From: a virus
Lineage: Duplodnaviria; Caudoviricetes
DNA length: 27,233 nt
Virus record (IMG/VR): IMGVR_UViG_3300009095_000061
Coordinates: 1-27,233 of that record
Strand: one strand, 5' to 3'
Below the pieces are notes generated by a model, which did no database searches, was not told where the DNA came from, and was given only the letters and a program-made list of their open reading frames with translations. A program made the position numbers and the translations under genes. This document shows positions 18,958 through 25,931 of this stretch, in pieces. Position 1 is the first letter of the stretch, and every line of letters begins with the position of its first letter.

Positions 18958-19503
18958 CTATTGGTCCAGCACGCCCCGGGGCTGGGCGTCGGGATCGAAG
19001 TATTCGGGATCGGGATTGAGCATGATGCCCTCGGACGGGTCGATGCGCCGGTAGCGCCCGGAGGCGTCGGTGAAGTGCCAGTACGCCAGTAGCGCTTTGC
19101 GGGCGATGAGGGCCTCTTCGGGGGAGTGCATCGGCAGCCATGACGGGTTGGCGTCCAAGCCGTTGTAGGTGAACGTCGTCGACCCGTTGCGCCTGGACCA
19201 GGCCAGGTGCGCGAACCGGGTGTATTCCAGCTCGTCGTAGGCCGCGAACGAGGCGGTGTGCACCTTGGTGTGCGCGGACTTGAGCCACAGGCTCGTGGTG
19301 GACCCGTAGGAGACCTGGAGGCATGCGCCGTGCCAGAAGTAGGCCAGGACGGTGCCGCCGCGCGGCTCGGTGCGCATCGGGCGCTCGGTGCGCCGCCATG
19401 AGCGCCGCCGTCTGGCCAGGTCGTTGAGTTCGATGACGTTGTCACCCTTGGGCTCAGGGGCTTCGTTACCGGCCCGGTGGCGCGGCGTATGGTTGGGAAC
19501 CAT
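18958..19503 (-). CDS. Hypothetical protein
   Basis: 181 aa, AGGAG RBS, no recognisable motif. Confidence 0.55.
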   Translation of the reverse strand: MVPNHTPRHRAGNEAPEPKGDNVIELNDLARRRRSWRRTERPMRTEPRGGTVLAYFWHGACLQVSYGSTTSLWLKSAHTKVHTASFAAYDELEYTRFAHLAWSRRNGSTTFTYNGLDANPSWLPMHSPEEALIARKALLAYWHFTDASGRYRRIDPSEGIMLNPDPEYFDPDAQPRGVLDQ

Positions 19504-19625
19504 CAGAACGTTCTCCTAGCAGTGGCGTTCTGTGACGGTCTGCCGCCGACTGGACTCGGCGGCAGACCCAGGAATGCTGGCTGCCTCGGCAAGGCTGAGA
19601 CGGCCAGGTGAAGAGGATCTACATG

Positions 19626-19943
19626 CTACGGTAACTCACGTTCACTGCCGCTATCGTCACCTATACCCAGAACGTCGCCTGGGTCACCGCTGGCGAGCAT
19701 ACGCGCGACCGCATCGAACACCGGAGCGGTATCGATGCCGACCGATTCCCAGAACGGCCGGTTGGCCATCTGAAACTCGCCGCCGGTCCGGATCTCCCCG
19801 AGTGCGACCGGCTCATGGCCGGACTCATCGTCACAGCCGGGCCAGTGCATCCCGGCCACCCAGATCACCAGGTCGCCGGTGACCTGATAGATATACTCGA
19901 ACCGCCAGGTCGCACCGCCCTTCTCCGACAACGTCACTTCCAT
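19626..19943 (-). CDS. Hypothetical protein
   Basis: 105 aa from ATG 19943 with GGAGAAGG RBS. Confidence 0.55.
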   Translation of the reverse strand: MEVTLSEKGGATWRFEYIYQVTGDLVIWVAGMHWPGCDDESGHEPVALGEIRTGGEFQMANRPFWESVGIDTAPVFDAVARMLASGDPGDVLGIGDDSGSERELP

Positions 19944-20006
19944 ACCTTCTCCCCCCACACGCAGCAGCGCCAACGGCCATAGTAGCCGGGGGGTCGTACG
20001 GGTGTC

Positions 20007-20258
20007 TTACCATTCACCCCCGCTGCGGCTGCGCCGCAACAGGACCAGCCCGGCCGCGATGATCAAGGCCGCGATCAAACCGATCGCCACGATCCCGGCG
20101 GCCTCGATGCCGCTGGTCGTCGGCAGCTGGTCCGGGGTGTCGGTATCGGTGACCGGTGCCTGGGACGGTTCGGGCGGCGACAGGGCGGGCTCGGTGGGAT
20201 CAGTATCCGAGGTCGGGGTCTCGAAATCCCCCTGATCAGGTCCCTTTCCTTCTTCCAT
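20007..20258 (-). CDS. Small membrane protein with LPxTG-like sorting signal
   Basis: Acidic Pro/Thr-rich segment, LPTTSG, hydrophobic helix, then RRSR. Confidence 0.55.
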   Translation of the reverse strand: MEEGKGPDQGDFETPTSDTDPTEPALSPPEPSQAPVTDTDTPDQLPTTSGIEAAGIVAIGLIAALIIAAGLVLLRRSRSGGEW

Positions 20259-20353
20259 GCACCAATTATGACGTTCCTCTGTGGCCTAGCGGGTCAGCCT
20301 CGCCTCGGCGCCGACGCGCCGGTCATACAACACCATCTCCCCCTCGCCTCAAT

Positions 20354-20647
20354 TCACTCGCCCTCTCCAGCCGGGGTGTTTATGCTGGCGTCATCGGTCA
20401 ACGCCCCCTGGCCGTCGCGGGACAGGCCCGCGCCGGGGGGCGAGTCGTGCTCGGCCTGTTCGGCTTCAGCCTCGGCGGCCCACCGTTGGGCGATCTGCGC
20501 CAGGATGTAGGCACCCTGCTCCTTGCTCATGCCGTTTGATCCCGCATCGACACTGACGGTGCCCTCGGACGCCCCTGGCCTGACGATGACGAACGCGAGC
20601 GCGTCCTTGCCGTCAACAAACGTCAGCGATTCATCGCTCCTGGTCAC
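20354..20647 (-). CDS. Hypothetical protein
   Basis: 97 aa from GTG 20647 with GAAAGGA RBS. Confidence 0.55.
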   Translation of the reverse strand: MTRSDESLTFVDGKDALAFVIVRPGASEGTVSVDAGSNGMSKEQGAYILAQIAQRWAAEAEAEQAEHDSPPGAGLSRDGQGALTDDASINTPAGEGE

Positions 20648-20975
20648 GCCGATTCCTTTCCATAAAGTGGGTGAGCACCCGCGTGCCCAACCCGATCCCA
20701 CGAATGATGTCCGCCGCGCTCTTGGCCGTGCGTACCCGGGTCCACCCGGCCTCCCTCGGGCGGTCGGCGCTGTCGCGGGCGGTGATCGCCCACGCCCGCA
20801 CCCGGACGGTGAACGGGCCCAGCCGCACCCGCATCGCCGAGCGCATCACGATGATGACCAACCCGGTGTCGGCCTCGACCTTCGCCGCCGAGTCCCGCAA
20901 CCTGGTCAGCGCATCCCACCGCCCCGGATCAGGGCAGTACCACCGGCCGTCATCGTCGCGCACCTGCCTGCTCAC
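20631..20975 (-). CDS. Hypothetical protein
   Basis: 114 aa, GTGA coupling to the upstream gene. Confidence 0.55.
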   Translation of the reverse strand: MSRQVRDDDGRWYCPDPGRWDALTRLRDSAAKVEADTGLVIIVMRSAMRVRLGPFTVRVRAWAITARDSADRPREAGWTRVRTAKSAADIIRGIGLGTRVLTHFMERNRRDQER

Positions 20976-21394
20976 GACAGGCGCCCTTCGGCCAGATACT
21001 GGTCGGCCGCCTCCTCGCCCTTGCCCATGGCCGCCATCTTCGTCTCTTCGAGCACCACGCCGAGCGAGACACGGACGCCCTCGCGGTAGCCGCGCGCATA
21101 ATCCTCACCCGACCCGACCGGCCGGGCAGCCGCAAGCCGATCCAAACGACCGACCATGGCCTCACCCCCGGTGGGGTACTCGGCGTCCACCAGCCGCTCG
21201 ATCGCCCGCCACAGCAGCGGCATACGAGCCCCCACCGCAGCGGCCACCTGCTGCTTGAACACCAGCCGCAGGTCCCGGTCCTCGGGGCCCTCCTCGGCCC
21301 AGGCCAGGCGCACGGCCTCCTCGGGCCGCAGATGGTCGTACTTGCCCGGACCACCGCTGCGCTTGCGCTGCTTGACACTCACCTTCGTCGCCAT
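20972..21394 (-). CDS. Hypothetical protein
   Basis: AAGGAAGGA RBS; helical ~140 aa protein (alternative start 21400). Confidence 0.6.
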   Translation of the reverse strand: MATKVSVKQRKRSGGPGKYDHLRPEEAVRLAWAEEGPEDRDLRLVFKQQVAAAVGARMPLLWRAIERLVDAEYPTGGEAMVGRLDRLAAARPVGSGEDYARGYREGVRVSLGVVLEETKMAAMGKGEEAADQYLAEGRLS

Positions 21395-21415
21395 AGGCAT
21401 TCCTTCCTTGATAGT

Positions 21416-21814
21416 TCAGCAAATCGGCCAAGGGCCGTCGGTCAACTGCACGGCCAGCTCGACCGCGCATTCGCTTTCGAGTTCGATCAGTCGCTGCTGC
21501 TCACACGAGAGCAGCCCGGCGATCCCCCACGGGTTCGCGCAGTCCGGCTGGGGCTCGGCGCCTGAGGCCTTCGCGGCCGCTGCGGCAGCGGCCCTGGCGT
21601 AGTAGATGAGCGCCGCCGCCGCCGGAAGCGCCGCATTGGGCCCCAGATGGTCCTCGGCGCTGGCGATGGCGAACCCGGCCTTGTCGCTCAGGGTGCCTTC
21701 CCGGGCGGCGCGGTGCAGGGCGTCCTGGGTGCGGGCGACCAGACGCCGGGCGTTGGCCCGGCGTTCCTCGCTGGTGCCCGACGTGGTTTCCTCGGTCCCG
21801 GTCTCACTGTGCAT
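21416..21814 (-). CDS. Hypothetical protein
   Basis: AAGGA RBS before ATG 21814; Ala-rich 132 aa. Confidence 0.5.
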   Translation of the reverse strand: MHSETGTEETTSGTSEERRANARRLVARTQDALHRAAREGTLSDKAGFAIASAEDHLGPNAALPAAAALIYYARAAAAAAAKASGAEPQPDCANPWGIAGLLSCEQQRLIELESECAVELAVQLTDGPWPIC

Positions 21815-21922
21815 ATCGTGTCCTTGTCGGTTGTTTTCGCAGGTCAAAGCTATCACACTGCTGCCACACCGCTCAACGATGTGTGCATGCTCCATCTTTT
21901 ACGCGCGCCCGGCGCAAACAAG

Positions 21923-21967
21923 ACAGGCCCCCTCCCGCGTCAACCCCGAAGACAGGAGGGGGCCTGT
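21923..21967 (-). terminator. Intrinsic terminator
   Basis: 13-bp stem ACAGGCCCCCTCC/GGAGGGGGCCTGT followed on the minus strand by CTTGTTTG, just after ORF 21984..22604. Confidence 0.6.
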
Positions 21968-21983
21968 GAAAAACGATCAGCGC

Positions 21984-22604
21984 TCAGAAAGCCGATCGCG
22001 TTGATGGTAACAGGGTCTGGGTCTTCCAAGCGTCCCGATTGATCCAAGCACCAGCCGACTCCGGCGACATGAACAAGAGCTTGCCGGAGTTGGGGTCGAT
22101 CTGTGCGTTGAGGTCATCGGCCGCGACGGCCCGGTGAATATCGGCGACACTGAACCCGACCTGGAGCGCCAGGGCGCTGGCGGCGGCATCGATCCGCGCC
22201 CGCAGCTGCTGGACTTCCGATCGGCTCGGCAGCGGCCGCAGGGCCGCCAGGCCCGCCCACTGCCAGATCCGCCACGCCGGGTACCGGAACGTGGGGTACC
22301 GTTTGCGCCCCGACTGGCCCCCGTAGCGGACGCTTTCGATTCGCGACTGCAGCAGTCCGAATTCGTTGCGTCTGACGGCGTGCTGGAAGGTGGTGCGGTC
22401 GAGCGGGATCTCGGGATGGGCCCCGACTTCGGGGCCGGTGAGCCAGAGTGTCTCGGTCTGGTCCATATACCAGTCGCGCTCAGCGTCCCACACGATCACG
22501 CCGGTCTGGTCATTGTCGTGCTCGCACTGGTCAATGTCATCATCTGAGGGCGGTGCCGCAGGTGGGGTGAACCCGGGCGCCACCGGAGTACTAGCGCTGC
22601 TCAT
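21984..22604 (-). CDS. Putative DNA-binding protein with two excisionase-like HTH segments
   Basis: 206 aa; WLTGPEVG...TTFQHAVRRNEF and LALQVGFSVADIHRAVAADDL...LLFMSPESAGAWI; TAGAAT -10-like hexamer 8 nt before ATG. Confidence 0.45.
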   Translation of the reverse strand: MSSASTPVAPGFTPPAAPPSDDDIDQCEHDNDQTGVIVWDAERDWYMDQTETLWLTGPEVGAHPEIPLDRTTFQHAVRRNEFGLLQSRIESVRYGGQSGRKRYPTFRYPAWRIWQWAGLAALRPLPSRSEVQQLRARIDAAASALALQVGFSVADIHRAVAADDLNAQIDPNSGKLLFMSPESAGAWINRDAWKTQTLLPSTRSAF

Positions 22605-22657
22605 ATCACCGGATTCTATCCTGTAAAACGCTTGCCGAAACAGCTTCAGTGAAGAAA

Positions 22658-22682
22658 AACCCGGCACCGAAAATGCCGGGTT
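22658..22682 (-). terminator. Intrinsic terminator of the sulfotransferase gene
   Basis: Stem AACCCGGCA/TGCCGGGTT running on the minus strand into a T-rich tail (TTTTTCTTC). Confidence 0.75.
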
Positions 22683-22700
22683 CATCGCTTTATGCGCAGG

Positions 22701-23993
22701 TTATAGGCATTGGCGAAGGTATTCGGGGCCGAAGGCGTCTTCGATGTCGTCCAGGCTCAGACCGTAGTCGGAGAGCCGGTACTCGTGCCTGCGGCCACCG
22801 TCGCGGCCGAGCCCGGCGGCGGCCCGTTCGGTGGCCGCCTCCAGCCGTGCTTGGTCGGCCTCGCCCCACGGCAGGCCGAGCTGTTCGAACAGGACCGGCA
22901 CGTTCTTGTCGGCCGCGCCGGTCAACTGGTGGTACTTGATGTCGACGAACGCCTCGGGCCGGGCAATGGCGACGCGATCGTTGCGGGCTTTGGCGATACC
23001 GCCCGCCATTAGATCGAGCCAGGTGCGGCCGAGCACGGCCAAGTCGACGGCGCGGCGTTTGCGATGCATGCGCTGCAGCGTCTCGTTCATCGAGCACAGC
23101 GACCCGATGACGGTGGGCGGGTCGCGGTGGGTCCACACGATCTTCGCGTCGGGGAACACCTCCAGGATCTCGGGCAGGCAGAACAGGTTCGTGGGGTGTT
23201 TGAGGACCCACCGGTCCCTGGGCTGCTTGTATTGGAGGACCTGGAGGGCGTCGCGCACGAACCGGAAGTCGGCGGCCCGGTCATGGGTACCCATGTACCA
23301 GTCCTGGTAGTCGGGCATGGGGGCCATGGCCAGGTGACCCAGACCTTGAGCGAGGAAGAAGTAGATCTCTTCGGGCCAGTCGGCCCTGGTGGGGTGGATG
23401 TCGTTCCAGGTCTTGGACAGCAGCATGGTCCGGTCACTGCGGTCCTGGGTGTCTTTGATCAGCTCGGCTTCGTCGCCCGGTCGCATCGCCAGCTTCGAGG
23501 AGTACAGCTCGTCGGCGGCCGGGTCGGAGGAGGGAATGACCATGGTCGGCCCGGCCGGGTTGTACATCTCCCACATCAACGGCGCCCTGGCGCCGTCGGC
23601 TTCGGCGAGGATGTGGTGGCACAGGGTCGAGGCGGTGCGCGGCAACCCGATGACGAAGATCGGGGACCGGATCGGCTCATCGACGACTTCGGGGACGCAG
23701 GCTTGGATGCGGCGCACCTTGAGCAGGTTGACCACCCGCGAGGTGACCAGATCGATCCCGCTGCGCCATCCGACACCAGACAGCCCCGGCGTGGCCGCCC
23801 AACACCTGAGCAGGAACCGCAGCCCGTCAATGACGGCCTCGTCGTCACCACTGAGCGTGGCGTGGTTGTCGGTTGCGGCGCGGGCTTTGGCGAGGATGGC
23901 GTCGAAGACGCGGTCGGGGTTGCGGGCCTGGGCCCGACGCGCGGGCTCCAAGAGCGTGTTGAATACCGGCAAAAGCAGGGAAGTACGTCGCAT
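22701..23993 (-). CDS. PAPS-dependent sulfotransferase (Sulfotransfer_3 / mycobacterial Stf-like)
   Basis: 5'-PSB loop IFVIGLPRTASTL, WVLKHP, 3'-PB VWTHRDP...GSLCS, C-terminal HEYRLSDYGL; 430 aa intact. Confidence 0.9.
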   Translation of the reverse strand: MRRTSLLLPVFNTLLEPARRAQARNPDRVFDAILAKARAATDNHATLSGDDEAVIDGLRFLLRCWAATPGLSGVGWRSGIDLVTSRVVNLLKVRRIQACVPEVVDEPIRSPIFVIGLPRTASTLCHHILAEADGARAPLMWEMYNPAGPTMVIPSSDPAADELYSSKLAMRPGDEAELIKDTQDRSDRTMLLSKTWNDIHPTRADWPEEIYFFLAQGLGHLAMAPMPDYQDWYMGTHDRAADFRFVRDALQVLQYKQPRDRWVLKHPTNLFCLPEILEVFPDAKIVWTHRDPPTVIGSLCSMNETLQRMHRKRRAVDLAVLGRTWLDLMAGGIAKARNDRVAIARPEAFVDIKYHQLTGAADKNVPVLFEQLGLPWGEADQARLEAATERAAAGLGRDGGRRHEYRLSDYGLSLDDIEDAFGPEYLRQCL

Positions 23994-24031
23994 AATAGGG
24001 GGGCCTTTCGAACCGGGGTAGTCAAGGGCGC

Positions 24032-24062
24032 GGTGCCGCCGCCCGCCACAGGCGGCGGCACC
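24032..24062. terminator. GC hairpin upstream of the sulfotransferase
   Basis: 12-bp stem GGTGCCGCCGCC/GGCGGCGGCACC directly after the stop of ORF 24068..24310. Confidence 0.5.
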
Positions 24063-24067
24063 ATTGG

Positions 24068-24310
24068 CTAGGGGCCATCTTTATCGCGGTCCCGCTTGCT
24101 CCAACGCGTGATGTCGTAACCCAGCAGCACGCAGAATGCAGAAGCCCAGACAACGGCAAGGAGCATCACAAGTAGCCATCCGTCAGGCATCCCAGGGCGG
24201 GTTACCGCAAGTACCGTGATGCCGATGTATACCAGCGCGGTCACCCCAGCTGCTGCCGATGACCAAATGGTGATCAGCAGCCACAAGGGCGGAACGTCGC
24301 GTCCGGTCAC
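24068..24310 (-). CDS. Small two-TM membrane protein
   Basis: 80 aa, two hydrophobic helices, charged C-terminus. Confidence 0.6.
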   Translation of the reverse strand: MTGRDVPPLWLLITIWSSAAAGVTALVYIGITVLAVTRPGMPDGWLLVMLLAVVWASAFCVLLGYDITRWSKRDRDKDGP

Positions 24311-24318
24311 TGTTCCGT

Positions 24319-24576
24319 TTACGCCTTCTCAGTGGCGGTGTCGGTGCCTTCGCCTCGGCGCGGCACGGCCATCCAGGCGGTCCCGGCCGCCCACAGCACA
24401 CTGAGCATGATGAGCGTGTCGGCACCCATGAGCGGGACGCTCTTGGCGATCCCGGCCATGACGGCGATGGCGTAGGTCATGTCGACCAGGCCGTAGGAGA
24501 AGACGACGCAGCCGAACACGATGATCGCGGCGGCGGCGATGCGGACCCGCAGCCTCGCCTGATCGAACTTGGACAT
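24319..24576 (-). CDS. Small two-TM membrane protein
   Basis: 85 aa from ATG 24576 with GAGAGGA RBS; two hydrophobic helices. Confidence 0.6.
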   Translation of the reverse strand: MSKFDQARLRVRIAAAAIIVFGCVVFSYGLVDMTYAIAVMAGIAKSVPLMGADTLIMLSVLWAAGTAWMAVPRRGEGTDTATEKA

Positions 24577-24612
24577 GATGGTTCCTCTCAATCGGATTGG
24601 TTGAGTTTCAGC

Positions 24613-24825
24613 CTACCGCCCGGTCGCCTCGGGCACGGTGATGCCGTGCTCGCGCAGGTGCGCTTCGGCCGCTTCCCGGTGGGCGGCCGTCTCGGGCCAG
24701 CCGCCCCCGCCGATCACGGCCCAGGCCTCGCCGCCGGTGTAGCCGACGCGGTGGCCGTCGTCGAAGTAGACGTAGCCGTACGGCACCGCCTCGGTGCCTC
24801 GGTTGTCGATGTCGGTGATGTGCAT
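24613..24825 (-). CDS. Hypothetical protein
   Basis: 70 aa, GAAAGGA RBS. Confidence 0.6.
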   Translation of the reverse strand: MHITDIDNRGTEAVPYGYVYFDDGHRVGYTGGEAWAVIGGGGWPETAAHREAAEAHLREHGITVPEATGR

Positions 24826-24846
24826 ACGGTTCCTTTCGGTAAGGGT

Positions 24847-25173
24847 TCAGCCCAGCCGTGATTCCCTGTCATACAGCCACCCGCCACGGGCGTTGATGAT
24901 CTTCGATGCCAACGCCTCCGGTTCGATCCGGGCCCAGCTGGCGTAGTGGCGCAGGCACTGGTCCAGGCGTTCGTCGATGGCCACGGTCACCTCGGTGGCG
25001 GCCGGTGCGTCCTCGACCTCGGGCAGGACCCTGTCGCGGCTCCACCGGCCGAGCCAGCCGACGACGACGGACTCGCGGGACACGGCCCCGTCGCTGTAGT
25101 CCTCGAACATCGCGAGGATGGCGTCGGCCTTGGTGCCCACGGCTATGGTGATCTCGATTGATGGTTGCGGCAT
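24847..25173 (-). CDS. Putative tandem ribbon-helix-helix regulator
   Basis: 108 aa with GAGGA RBS; internal duplication IEITIAVGTKADAIL / TEVTVAIDERLDQCL; first gene of the leftward arm. Confidence 0.45.
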   Translation of the reverse strand: MPQPSIEITIAVGTKADAILAMFEDYSDGAVSRESVVVGWLGRWSRDRVLPEVEDAPAATEVTVAIDERLDQCLRHYASWARIEPEALASKIINARGGWLYDRESRLG

Positions 25174-25248
25174 GGCGCGTCCTCGATGTGTCAGCACGAT
25201 TGAACGAGTCATCCTCAGCCTATCGGCCCACCGGCAGACTTGTGCTCC

Positions 25249-25313
25249 AGGTTACCCTTTGGGGCGGTTCGTGTGAGCCCCGGTCACATACCGGGTGCCT
25301 GCGGGCGTACGAT
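25249..25313. promoter_or_regulatory. Divergent promoter pair (candidate switch region)
   Basis: Minus strand CTCACA-N17-TAACCT (25277-25249); plus strand TACGAT (25308-25313); GGTCACA direct repeat at 25282 and 25314. Confidence 0.45.
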
Positions 25314-25445
25314 GGTCACACGCGAAAGGCCCGGGGCTGCAACCCCCGGGCCCGAGTAGAACTAAGTCCTAAACAACGGCACGACTCTACCCAATGCGAG
25401 GCCACCTCGCCCCTTGGGGGGCGTCTGCCTAGAGAGGTAACACAC

Positions 25446-25727
25446 ATGGACCTCGCCCCATGGATGACCACCTGCTCGATCGGCGGCACTGCCTGCCCCG
25501 AGACCTCCGGGCCCGCCCCAATGCTCGCGCGCCTCACCGACGGCCACCGGCCCGAGCAGGTCGCCGCCGCACTCATCCGGCAACGCCACATCGCCTCACG
25601 ATTGGGTGAAGCGCTGGAAACCTTCCGCGACCTCGAACTGATCGCCGAACGTGAAGCCGACGTCATCGCCCCCGACCCGCACCGGGAGGAGGAATTCACC
25701 GAAATACAGTTCAACACGAAACCGTAG
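25446..25727 (+). CDS. Hypothetical protein
   Basis: 93 aa from ATG 25446 with GAGAGG RBS; first gene of the rightward unit. Confidence 0.55.
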   Translation: MDLAPWMTTCSIGGTACPETSGPAPMLARLTDGHRPEQVAAALIRQRHIASRLGEALETFRDLELIAEREADVIAPDPHREEEFTEIQFNTKP

Positions 25728-25786
25728 CCCCATTACGACACACCGTCATAATGCGTGTACGGTGTGACAAAACGTCCACAATTAGA

Positions 25787-25893
25787 CAAAAAGAAAGGCC
25801 GGAGTTGGACCCTCCGGCCAATCGAAGCTCTGCGCCAACAGAAGCTGTATCTCGACAGCTTCCAGGTTAGCGGAGGCGAGCAACGCTCGTCAA
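25787..25893 (-). ncRNA. Candidate counter-transcribed RNA gene (promoter to terminator) upstream of rep
   Basis: TTGACG-N18-TAACCT at 25893-25864; stem GGCCGGAG/CTCCGGCC (25797-25819) followed by TTTCTTTTTG; predicted RNA about 70 nt. Confidence 0.55.
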
Positions 25894-25931
25894 CCGACCC
25901 CTGACATTGGCGCGGTGGAAAGGAACACACC

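Noticed and set aside
23992-24025. TTGACT...TATTAT promoter for the sulfotransferase
   Set aside because: Spacing is 22 bp and the -10 overlaps the start codon; not a canonical housekeeping-sigma promoter
24068-24576. Holin call for the two-TM proteins
   Set aside because: No endolysin nearby, and they lie in the early leftward arm
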